Positions 1-7,473 of a stretch of DNA of 64,000 nucleotides are shown here, piece after piece (positions within the stretch are counted from its first letter, which is position 1; the number at the start of each line of letters is the position of its first letter). The notes beneath the pieces were generated by a model that worked only from the letters and a program-made list of their open reading frames with translations, ran no database searches and had not been told where the DNA came from. The stretch is from a virus: positions 32,001 through 96,000 of the IMG/VR virus record IMGVR_UViG_3300047562_003246; one strand, given 5' to 3'. The translations under genes were made by a program, and so were the position numbers.

Positions 1-27
1 AACAGAAATCTATTGAGAGCTTAAAGC

Positions 28-573
28 ATGATACTAGTGGGCCTGAACGGATTTGATTGGTTCCCGTTTTTAATTTCCGGCGATATCAGTCGGTATTTTT
101 CTAAAGAGAATACTGCGTTTCCATATCGCCGGAACTGGAAAAGAAAACACATTGGCTGGGTAATATCTCGGATACCGGCCAAGGAGACTTATTTGCTCGC
201 TGGGTTTTCAGATGGAGGCACTTTAGCTCATGAAGTTGCCAGCATCGATCTTCGCTGCAAAGGTCTGATAGTGCACAGTGGTATGTTCCGCGAGCAGACA
301 ATGCAGTGGCCGAGGAACATACCTATCTTGCTTTTGACAACGAAGGGCGACAAAACACCAACAGTGAGAGAAACGAAAAAGGCACACGATTGGTATGCTA
401 AGCGGGTACAGGATAGCCTGTATTTTCCTGACGGGCCACTAGAATTGCCCGTTAAGGAAAATAACTTTTTGAAACACGAATTCGGTAATGGCTTAGAGGT
501 CATGACTAAGTTCGCCAAAGATACCCTGAATTTTGATTTGCCGATAAAACAACATGCCGAACGAACGAGATAA
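28..573 (+). CDS. alpha/beta hydrolase (phospholipase/carboxylesterase-like)
   Basis: Nucleophile elbow YLLAGFSDGG, followed by a plausible Asp (GDKTP) and His (KHEFG) in catalytic-triad order; 181 aa. Confidence 0.7.
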   Translation: MILVGLNGFDWFPFLISGDISRYFSKENTAFPYRRNWKRKHIGWVISRIPAKETYLLAGFSDGGTLAHEVASIDLRCKGLIVHSGMFREQTMQWPRNIPILLLTTKGDKTPTVRETKKAHDWYAKRVQDSLYFPDGPLELPVKENNFLKHEFGNGLEVMTKFAKDTLNFDLPIKQHAERTR

Positions 574-751
574 TCAGGACGCCTTACTCGATAGGCTTTG
601 CGAGATTTCAGTCGATAGTACTGCCCATATGTCCGACGATGAACGATGGGATTTCTACAAGAAGATGCTTAATCGACTCGACGAAGACGGTTCATCTGTT
701 GATGGCGATTACTATCAAGCTGCTGTAGAGTTGATTCGAGAAATCGGTTAG
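554..751 (+). CDS. small acidic hypothetical protein
   Basis: 65-aa ATG-started ORF overlapping the previous stop and followed by a hairpin. Confidence 0.6.
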   Translation: MPNERDNQDALLDRLCEISVDSTAHMSDDERWDFYKKMLNRLDEDGSSVDGDYYQAAVELIREIG

Positions 752-781
752 TTTTGGCTATCTTAAAAAGAAGTCAGTAAA

Positions 782-808
782 CCGCAAATAATATTTGCGG
801 CGTTTTCT
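782..808 (+). terminator. putative intrinsic terminator
   Basis: 8-bp stem ccgcaaat/atttgcgg followed by a weak U-rich tail cgttttct. Confidence 0.45.
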
Positions 809-835
809 TCTTATTACCATCGGGAGAATAAGCCG

Positions 836-1162
836 ATGAGTGAGTGTGACGAGCGATGGCTAGAAAATCTTCCAGAGGGAAGCTTAGTCATAACGTTTCC
901 GGCCCGTCTACCTACGTTGAACTCGATCTTACACATGAGCAGATCGAGATACTCAAAGGTAAAAAGATTAACAACAAGGTTAATGTTGTTATCGTTAGTT
1001 ACCGACACGAACGAGCCGACGCAGACGGACCTTGCGCAAAAGCATTACTCGATAGTCTCGTACGTCTCGGAGTACTGCCAGATGATAGCCAGGATTGGAT
1101 CGAAGAAATCATCCACGTATCCAAAGAAGTCGAAAAGAAAAAGCCGGAAAAAACGATACTAG
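836..1162 (+). CDS. overlapping ORF carrying a RusA-like N-terminal segment (beta strand + P-x-L-N + helix)
   Basis: ATG with SD gggaga about 8 nt upstream; LVITFPARLPTLNSIL resembles the RusA N-terminus; overlaps 856-1242 in another frame. Confidence 0.5.
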   Translation: MSECDERWLENLPEGSLVITFPARLPTLNSILHMSRSRYSKVKRLTTRLMLLSLVTDTNEPTQTDLAQKHYSIVSYVSEYCQMIARIGSKKSSTYPKKSKRKSRKKRY

Positions 1163-1242
1163 TTTTTTTACCTGCAGATTCGTTTAGTGTCAAAAGGCAA
1201 CTAGGTATTTCGCCTTCAGAAGAAAACGAGCCGCTTGATTAA
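856..1242 (+). CDS. rusA: RusA-like Holliday junction resolvase catalytic core
   Basis: RADADGPCAKALLDSLVRLGVLPDD matches the RusA D-x-D-x3/4-K-x3-D-x-L...G...DD catalytic signature; the N-terminal RusA segment is missing from this frame. Confidence 0.65.
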   Translation: MARKSSRGKLSHNVSGPSTYVELDLTHEQIEILKGKKINNKVNVVIVSYRHERADADGPCAKALLDSLVRLGVLPDDSQDWIEEIIHVSKEVEKKKPEKTILVFLPADSFSVKRQLGISPSEENEPLD

Positions 1243-1276
1243 ACCAAGCTAGTTTGTTACAAGTGAATTTAATGAC

Positions 1277-1310
1277 AAGAAGCTGGGACGCTCCTGGCTT
1301 CTTTTTTTTT
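1277..1310 (+). terminator. intrinsic terminator
   Basis: Stem aagaagctggga/tcctggcttctt (with G-U pairs) followed by T9. Confidence 0.75.
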
Positions 1311-1327
1311 ACCCAAGATGATGAGTT

Positions 1328-1789
1328 ATGGCAGAAAAACAACACAAGAAACCGTGTCACGATTGTCCATTTACGACTAAAGCTGCACCAGGAGAGACCG
1401 GAGGATCTCATCCAGCTGTATACGTGATGCAAACAATTTTGCCTTACAGAATTCCGTGTCACTGTCGTATTGATTATTCGGATCCAAATTGGAAAAAGAA
1501 CGACAGTACGCCAGAATGCGTCGGGCACGCAATTATGCGAGTAAAGCAGGGCGTAGCCGATAAGATGCCAGAGGCGCTATTACGTATTGAGCCTTACGAA
1601 GGCGATCAAGTGTTTAATAACTTGATTGAAATGTTTTGTTATCACACAGGGAGTACTGAAGACGAGGCTAAGGCTTATCTAGAATTAGCCTTACCTCAAA
1701 TGATTATCGAGCAAACATCATCCGAGTCGTTTCGGATCATTGACCAGAACCTTTTAAATAAACTAGACGAAACAAATGACGAACTCTAA
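1328..1789 (+). CDS. Cys/His-rich putative metal-binding phage protein (DUF6283-like)
   Basis: KPCHDCPF...IPCHC...ECVGH pattern; family recognised from memory only. Confidence 0.55.
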   Translation: MAEKQHKKPCHDCPFTTKAAPGETGGSHPAVYVMQTILPYRIPCHCRIDYSDPNWKKNDSTPECVGHAIMRVKQGVADKMPEALLRIEPYEGDQVFNNLIEMFCYHTGSTEDEAKAYLELALPQMIIEQTSSESFRIIDQNLLNKLDETNDEL

Positions 1790-2051
1790 TTCAAACAATG
1801 ATATTAAAAATATCACCATCGGCATCCTGATAGTCTGTGCTGTACTACTTGGCTTCAAAGTGTTTGAGCTTAGTACAGCTAGAGACGGTATGCATCATGT
1901 GATTGATCGGCAGCAGCAGGATCTGGAACGAGCCAACATGATGCTTGACATGGACGAGAACGAGAGATTGATTTTCGATCCAAGAGCTGACAATTGGTCG
2001 AACTTGCCAGTCAATCCTGAACTTGATCCAAGGTACATCAATAATAGATAA
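1776..2051 (+). CDS. single-pass membrane protein with coiled coil
   Basis: Hydrophobic ITIGILIVCAVLLGFKVF followed by a Q/E/R-rich helix. Confidence 0.65.
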   Translation: MTNSNSNNDIKNITIGILIVCAVLLGFKVFELSTARDGMHHVIDRQQQDLERANMMLDMDENERLIFDPRADNWSNLPVNPELDPRYINNR

Positions 2052-2078
2052 GTGAAAGCTTATTTGACTTGAAATTTA

Positions 2079-2120
2079 AAGCTTCCTGAATGATTTCAGG
2101 AAGCTTTTTTTTTTAGCTAT
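2079..2120 (+). terminator. intrinsic terminator ending in T-tract-AGCTAT
   Basis: 12-bp stem aagcttcctgaa/ttcaggaagctt, T10, then AGCTAT (same ending at 7516 and 20039). Confidence 0.8.
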
Positions 2121-2126
2121 CAGTAC

Positions 2127-2162
2127 CTAAATTTTTGCGTTTTTTGTGCCATATAAGTATAG
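2127..2162 (+). promoter_or_regulatory. candidate phage early promoter, copy 1
   Basis: 26/36 ungapped identity to 19213-19248 (CTAAATTTTT-N3-TT-N-TTTG-N2-CCATATA); both copies head islands of small genes. Confidence 0.6.
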
Positions 2163-2255
2163 ATTGCAGTTAGCTATCTTTATTTAAGCGAAAATTAGTA
2201 ACTTTTTTTAAGGAGATGTTATGAAGAAGTAACAAACGATTCGCGCAGAGGACTT

Positions 2256-2323
2256 GAACCAGGAGTGTCGTAATTCACTTGTATGTTTGGCCACGTACAA
2301 ACGACACTCCTGGTTCTTTTATT
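2256..2323 (+). terminator. long hairpin / attenuator-like terminator
   Basis: Perfect 16-bp inverted repeat 2256-2271/2301-2316, inner 8-bp stem, U-rich tail. Confidence 0.65.
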
Positions 2324-2330
2324 AACTTTC

Positions 2331-2371
2331 AGCATGACTAAATCACTGTGATTTGGTGTGCTTTTTTTTTT
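2331..2371 (+). terminator. intrinsic terminator
   Basis: agca..actaaatc/gatttggt..tgct stem followed by T10. Confidence 0.65.
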
Positions 2372-2397
2372 ACTAATTGAAGAAAAGAGAGTTGAAA

Positions 2398-2748
2398 ATG
2401 CAAAAGTTTAGATTACCGATTTTGCTGAGTATTTACTCAGTGCTATTGGTGTTGACAACCCAGCATAGCTGGGTTCATTACCTGTTAATCCTCGACATCG
2501 GCAGCATGTGGCTGCTGGTCAATGTTGTGCGAAAGTCAGTCGTATATCGTCCTGGGAATTTATTTCCCGTTGCACTGGCGTTAGGGACTAACGCGACAGT
2601 GTGCATGTTACCGGATACATGGATGTCGCTGATTTCGGTGGTACTAATTATCCACAGAATAATAACTCAAGTGTCATTGTGGTTATTATTATCTAACAAA
2701 CAGATATTAGAATTTACTGAGTTCGTAGTATCTCAGGAAGATAAGTAG
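2398..2748 (+). CDS. multi-pass membrane protein
   Basis: Four hydrophobic segments; start moved from TTG 2377 to ATG 2398. Confidence 0.6.
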   Translation: MQKFRLPILLSIYSVLLVLTTQHSWVHYLLILDIGSMWLLVNVVRKSVVYRPGNLFPVALALGTNATVCMLPDTWMSLISVVLIIHRIITQVSLWLLLSNKQILEFTEFVVSQEDK

Positions 2749-2781
2749 GTTTTTTTTTTACCTCGAAAAAGGAGGGTGTTT

Positions 2782-3309
2782 ATGTTTAAAGTTGACGACA
2801 TCCTCGCTGAGTACGAGGACAGCTACACAGTCGCCGGAGCGTATGGCGACTACGAAAAGCCTGGGTTCGATATGCAATCGGACCTAGAGCTTGTACAGCT
2901 AGCCAAAGAATGGCTAGCTATGGATGGTTATGCTGACGGACTTGTTGGCATTGATAACACAGCCAAATTAGTTTGGTTGTGTGAAGCGGTGAACTGGGCG
3001 GCAAAAGTCATACGCCCAGAATACTATCTATTGAAACCGCGAATTATCGACGCGGTTGCTAAGTTGCCTGGAGTGCAGTGTGGTTGGGGATATGACGCCT
3101 ATGACAATGGCGTCTTTTACTTGTACCACGTCGAAGCAGGCGTGGCAAGTTTCCATGATCCCGATCGCCAGCTATTTAGCAGTGGCGAATGGCCATACGA
3201 ATGGAGCGGTGTTCTTAGACAAGAACACGCTCTTGATGTCTGGGTAGGAAATGTAGATCTGGCTAAAGATCTGGCAAGAAGATCTCAACCAGGAATGATG
3301 GAATATTAG
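2782..3309 (+). CDS. hypothetical protein
   Basis: Strong SD aaggagg, ATG at 2782, protein-like composition. Confidence 0.75.
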   Translation: MFKVDDILAEYEDSYTVAGAYGDYEKPGFDMQSDLELVQLAKEWLAMDGYADGLVGIDNTAKLVWLCEAVNWAAKVIRPEYYLLKPRIIDAVAKLPGVQCGWGYDAYDNGVFYLYHVEAGVASFHDPDRQLFSSGEWPYEWSGVLRQEHALDVWVGNVDLAKDLARRSQPGMMEY

Positions 3310-3358
3310 ATTTTTTTTTACTCTGCTGTCACACGTAGACGCGGGGTGTTTTTTTTTA

Positions 3359-3480
3359 GACACCGCTCGCCTGTTGGTTGGCGTGTGGTTTGTTGAGTCT
3401 ATGCAGCCCGACTATTAAAGGGTTCTGTGTATAGGCTTGCAGCAAACCTATCCACGTAGGTTCGATTCCTACCGGTGTCT
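3359..3480 (+). ncRNA. tRNA-like RNA (tRNA-Cys-like) with insertions
   Basis: 7-bp acceptor GACACCG/CGGTGTC, D-arm cgcc-tgttggtt-ggcg, stem ATAGG/CCTAT, canonical T-arm GTAGG-TTCGATT-CCTAC, U discriminator; about 46 extra nt after the D-arm, 11-nt anticodon loop, no encoded CCA. Confidence 0.55.
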
Positions 3481-3586
3481 TTTTTAGGTTGCGTGACAGA
3501 CTTAATTTTCAAATTAAAACCGCGTACTTCAGGTTTCATAGTCCTGGGTGTCACTACGCATTCTTCGAGTTGGAGAACAAACTACT

Positions 3587-4429
3587 ATGAGTACACAAGT
3601 ACAAGTTTTGTTGGCTATTAACGTCGATTTGGCTAGCACTGTAAACGCTCAAATCACAATCGAAGCGGAGTATGGGTCGACCACGATTAATGGCAGTCGA
3701 TACACTGCCGCCCACCATGGGGCTAACTGTGAAAATCCAGCTCCATGTTTAGATGCAGGGCTGGATGATATTGCTGAAGACGGTGACACCGTTTTGGTAA
3801 GTCATCTCGACTTAGACACGATCGGAGGGATTGCCCGAGCAATTGGTCATCCAATCGCGGATCATCAAGGTTTTTGGAAATTGTCAGCCTATGTGGATGT
3901 GAATGGTCCGCATAAGTTGGGTCAGTCCGGTGCTGAACAGGAGGATGTTGATCGATTGTATGCTTACTGGGCTTGGGCTCAGAGCAATCGTGGACCACGT
4001 CGTGAAAATGACCAGATCCACGATGTAACTTCGGAGGTGGCGACCCACCTCAATGTTATCCATGAAATTCTGCGTGGGGACGCAGGATTACTCAAGGCAG
4101 GTCAAGAGTTCAAGGAGGCGGGAGAGCGACTCAACGAAGAGTCGTTCGTAGAGGTGCACGCTGGAACGATTGTGCGGGTAGGACCCGCATTCGTGAATCA
4201 TATCTACACGACGCCTCAGGGTGAAGTGTGTAAAGCAGTCGTCAGCTTCAACACGAAAACAGGGAGTATTACCCTGTCTTTTGCGGACAAGGAAGATGGC
4301 AGAAACGCTGCGAAAATTATGCAAGAAGCATTCGGACCAGATGCCGGTGGGCACGCTGGAATCGCTGGTAGCCCTAGAGGTACCAGGATGAAATTGGCAG
4401 ATCTAGCAACGTTGCTAGCTTTGCTGTAA
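3587..4429 (+). CDS. DHH/DHHA1-like phosphoesterase-related phage protein
   Basis: SHLDLDTIGG (H-x-D-x-D) motif and C-terminal GGHAGIAGSP (GGH) motif; SD ggaga before ATG 3587. Confidence 0.55.
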   Translation: MSTQVQVLLAINVDLASTVNAQITIEAEYGSTTINGSRYTAAHHGANCENPAPCLDAGLDDIAEDGDTVLVSHLDLDTIGGIARAIGHPIADHQGFWKLSAYVDVNGPHKLGQSGAEQEDVDRLYAYWAWAQSNRGPRRENDQIHDVTSEVATHLNVIHEILRGDAGLLKAGQEFKEAGERLNEESFVEVHAGTIVRVGPAFVNHIYTTPQGEVCKAVVSFNTKTGSITLSFADKEDGRNAAKIMQEAFGPDAGGHAGIAGSPRGTRMKLADLATLLALL

Positions 4430-4441
4430 TTTTTTTTTTGT

Positions 4442-4490
4442 CGGTTACTTGACTTTCAGGTCACATCGAGTTCGCGACTCGAAGTAACCG
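4442..4490 (+). other. intergenic three-way-junction RNA structure
   Basis: Closing stem cggttactt/aagtaaccg enclosing hairpins tgac/gtca and tcgagt/actcga; lies just after T10. Confidence 0.5.
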
Positions 4491-4827
4491 TTTGTGTAAA
4501 GGTTAACTTAATTTCTTTTTGTTGAGGTTGAGATGTTAGATAGAAATACTTGCGTGTTGAACAGAGGAATCTTGGCGATCAAATAATGGGATGACGCCGT
4601 ATTTAACGTAACACTTAGTTACGTTAGCAACTATATGGTTGTTATTCGGTACGAAGATAACGATGAGATTCGCGTAGTCCTATAAAAATGGGTGAGAGAT
4701 AGCCTTATTGGTATTACGAAAGATACCGAAGACTGTCTCATTGTAGGCAGTAACGGCATCACTGTTGCGATGCCGTGTACTCTGCGAACATACTTAGTTA
4801 AATAAATTAACAAGTACGTTAATTCAT

Positions 4828-4861
4828 ATCGCACTTCAAATTTGAGGTGCGATTTTTTTTT
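4828..4861 (+). terminator. intrinsic terminator
   Basis: 12-bp stem atcgcacttcaa/ttgaggtgcgat followed by a T tract. Confidence 0.75.
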
Positions 4862-4890
4862 AACTATTACTTTTTTTTTTGAGTCGAAAA

Positions 4891-5379
4891 ATGATTTGCA
4901 GAAACACTTTAAATGATGTTGTCGGAAAATGGGCGGCTAAGAGCGTCGTATTAGCAGTATTAGCTGAGAGTGGAAAGTACGATCACACTATTAGTCTGAT
5001 CGTAAGAAGGTTCGTTCAAAAATTCGATTTGGACGGATACCAAATAACTAGTCTATCTGATGCAATCGATAAGTTATTTGAAAGACTTCAAGTTTGCTCA
5101 GATGAGCTATTAGACATCGATGTCGGACTGCGTCATCGTGTCAGACAAGACTTGCTCGAACAAGAGACTATCAACTTGTTGTTGGACGAGCCAAAATTTT
5201 TGTTGTCAGAAAATTTTGATGAATTCACGTTAAAAATCTACCAGCGATATGAATTTATACGTTGGAAGATTTACTGTTACCATCAAAGAAGGAACCCCGA
5301 TTCCAGTGAAGGGATCAAAGAACTTGTTGTAAAACTACGTCGCATAAATGAAAATATTACTCAAGTCTACGGCGGCTAA
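4891..5379 (+). CDS. hypothetical helical protein
   Basis: ORF 4879-5379; first ATG at 4891. Confidence 0.65.
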   Translation: MICRNTLNDVVGKWAAKSVVLAVLAESGKYDHTISLIVRRFVQKFDLDGYQITSLSDAIDKLFERLQVCSDELLDIDVGLRHRVRQDLLEQETINLLLDEPKFLLSENFDEFTLKIYQRYEFIRWKIYCYHQRRNPDSSEGIKELVVKLRRINENITQVYGG

Positions 5380-5656
5380 TTTCGAGCCGTTGTACGAAGG
5401 TCAGCTTATACCTGTGCCAGACAGTTATAAGCATTGCGTGGAAGAGTCAGAGCATGGATTCTTTATGCGGATCCAGCATGACCACTTTCTTGATAGTTCT
5501 ACGCATGGAAAGCTGCTAGTTAGGGACTTACGATATCGCGGCGCGATGTCGGCGAAAGTTAATAACTACGATAAAAACAACCCTCCAAAATTTTTGAGGG
5601 TGTTGAGGCTATCTAGATCAGGCAAGTCTGTGATTACGGAAGCTGTTACGGAGTAG
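5348..5656 (+). CDS. hypothetical protein
   Basis: 102-aa ORF overlapping the previous stop. Confidence 0.6.
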   Translation: MKILLKSTAANFEPLYEGQLIPVPDSYKHCVEESEHGFFMRIQHDHFLDSSTHGKLLVRDLRYRGAMSAKVNNYDKNNPPKFLRVLRLSRSGKSVITEAVTE

Positions 5657-5703
5657 TAGCTTTTTTTTTAGTATTTAATCTAGTTTGTTGAGTGAAAAAA
5701 AAA

Positions 5704-6702
5704 ATGACGTACGAAAATATCATTGAAAAGTTTTTTTACGCTGAAGCTCCAAATAGAAATGTTTCGAAAAGTGTGCAGTTTGAAGCAATTTCTGACGCTA
5801 TCATTGGAACGAAACAATTACGGTACGGACCTAGGCCGTCACCTGAAGATCAGGTCGAGATTCGTAAAGTTATCCAACATGCATTGGATAAAGAGGTACC
5901 ACTGGTAATCTTTTTACCGTGGGCCTGCAGGAAACAGGACTCTAGCGACTTAGATGTGTTGGAGTTTATGGCAATTAAACAATTGCGTAATCTGCAGGAA
6001 ACGCTAAGTAGCTTCGACCTGCAAGTCACGTATCAGTTTAGGGTCGAAGATGCTAGCGATAGTGTTTTGTTTGATGACTATGATCATGAACGATCCATGA
6101 TTAGTTCGCAGACTGCAAGGTATCGCGAGACGTTCAGGCAACTAGTAAGTTGTTTGCTTCGAGCAAGCATCGTACGAACAGAGCTTCAGAAAACGACACT
6201 GAAGACTTTCGTAGAAGCAGTAGAGGATAACAAACCACTAGTCAGAGATATGCTAAGTGGTGTCTCTACTCGACAAGACTTGATTGCTTTTGCTCCAGAG
6301 CAGAAGCAATATTTCGATGATCTCTACGAAAAACTGTATCCGTCTGAGTCTTCTTCTGAGAGGCGAGAAAGGTTAGTTACTTATTTTTCTTGCGTCTTTG
6401 CAAGGAGACAACTCAACGCGGTCTGTAGGCCAGACTATCCTCACCTCTTTGCGACTTTCAGTCACCCAGTACCGGGTGACCCTGTCAGAGATAGTCGGCT
6501 TTATTACAGAACCATGCCCGAGCGAGTCACAAACACGCATCGAGCACCGTGGTTGAGTCGCGGCTATTTCTTGATCGATGATCGAGAGAATACGGCAACG
6601 CCAAGATTTAGAGATGAACTGCAGCATGATACAGAATTGCACAGAGGTGCAATTACTTATCAGAACATCGAGTTTTGTGCTGACTATTTGATCAAAGATT
6701 AG
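5704..6702 (+). CDS. PvcA/Dit1 (isocyanide synthase)-like protein
   Basis: PLVIFLPWACRK..D.LE..A..QL..L...VED resembles the PvcA P.h..LPaFP.K..PD..E..AL..L..L...SDG block; C-terminal TFSH...RAPW resembles LSIH...TPWH. Confidence 0.45.
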   Translation: MTYENIIEKFFYAEAPNRNVSKSVQFEAISDAIIGTKQLRYGPRPSPEDQVEIRKVIQHALDKEVPLVIFLPWACRKQDSSDLDVLEFMAIKQLRNLQETLSSFDLQVTYQFRVEDASDSVLFDDYDHERSMISSQTARYRETFRQLVSCLLRASIVRTELQKTTLKTFVEAVEDNKPLVRDMLSGVSTRQDLIAFAPEQKQYFDDLYEKLYPSESSSERRERLVTYFSCVFARRQLNAVCRPDYPHLFATFSHPVPGDPVRDSRLYYRTMPERVTNTHRAPWLSRGYFLIDDRENTATPRFRDELQHDTELHRGAITYQNIEFCADYLIKD

Positions 6703-6730
6703 TTATTAGTAACTAGTCTTTGCTTTTCCT

Positions 6731-6764
6731 AAAAGCTGCGTAGATTTCTACCCAGCTTTTTTTT
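6731..6764 (+). terminator. intrinsic terminator
   Basis: aaaagctg/cagctttt stem followed by T8. Confidence 0.65.
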
Positions 6765-6784
6765 AAGTATTCAAGGAGAACATT

Positions 6785-7162
6785 ATGGGTTTCACGACAT
6801 GTAACGGTTATTCTCGCAGAGACTTAATCATACACTTGATGTCTGATAGTCCGCAGGATAAGTACATCGCTATCAACAAGTACACAAGTGGTAACGACTT
6901 ATGGGTCGTCATGCAAAGGCGTGATGCGCAGGATCCTACAAACGCCGATAGATACATCAGGCTGTATAGATTACAGCGAACTAAGGATGGCTGGGGCTAC
7001 AGCGACTATGCAGAAGCAGATTGTCCTTACGTATTTAGCTGTCCGTTGATTTTTCTGGACATTACTTTTCACCAAAACACCGATTGGCGAAAAGGGGTAA
7101 GAGAGTATTGGAAAGCCCGTAAGGAAGCGATGACTACTCGTAGAAAAAGTTCGCCTAGTTGA
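6785..7162 (+). CDS. conserved phage hypothetical protein (DUF6927-like)
   Basis: WGYSDYAEADCPYVFSCPL...WRKGVR pattern; SD aaggag; contains 14-mer copy 1. Confidence 0.65.
   Translation: MGFTTCNGYSRRDLIIHLMSDSPQDKYIAINKYTSGNDLWVVMQRRDAQDPTNADRYIRLYRLQRTKDGWGYSDYAEADCPYVFSCPLIFLDITFHQNTDWRKGVREYWKARKEAMTTRRKSSPS
6926..6939 (+). repeat. dispersed 14-mer GCGCAGGATCCTAC, copy 1
   Basis: Exact match; encodes AQDPT. Confidence 0.95.
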
Positions 7163-7228
7163 CTGGCTGAGCTTGTCGTGCTTTGATGGTAGCTGTGTGT
7201 TGTTTCTTCTTGGCTTTTGGAGTTTGAA

Positions 7229-7432
7229 ATGATTGCAGTACCAGTTAGCATTTCCGAAATTGTTGGTTTGACATTTGAGCAGGCTAAACAGTGGGCGACT
7301 GAGCACAGTTACAGGGTAGTTCCGTCAAGCATTGACGGAGAAGCGACTGTTCTTACGCAGGAATTCGATCCGACGCGGATACAGGTTGCTTTGGTCGATG
7401 GTAAAATCAAGGAAGTAACCAATATCGGTTAG
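7229..7432 (+). CDS. I78 / potato-I-like serine protease inhibitor
   Basis: IVGLT..QA...G..TVLTQEFDPTRIQV...G.I..V..G matches the I78/I13 pattern (T-x-D/E-F-x-P-x-R, terminal G); SD ggag. Confidence 0.65.
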   Translation: MIAVPVSISEIVGLTFEQAKQWATEHSYRVVPSSIDGEATVLTQEFDPTRIQVALVDGKIKEVTNIG

Positions 7433-7473
7433 TGCCTATAAAAGTTAGGCATTCCTACGGCGCTGGTGGGCCG

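Noticed and set aside
2236-2263. tRNA T-loop-like GGTTCAAGTCC on the minus strand
   Set aside because: The T-stem does not pair beyond 2 bp and there is no acceptor or anticodon arm; the sequence is part of the plus-strand hairpin.
4533-4805. Short ORF MLDRNT... (4533-4586) and a 56-codon frame 4635-4805 interrupted by TAA at 4683
   Set aside because: Could be a pseudogene, but there is no recognisable homology or SD for 4635, so it cannot be told from chance.
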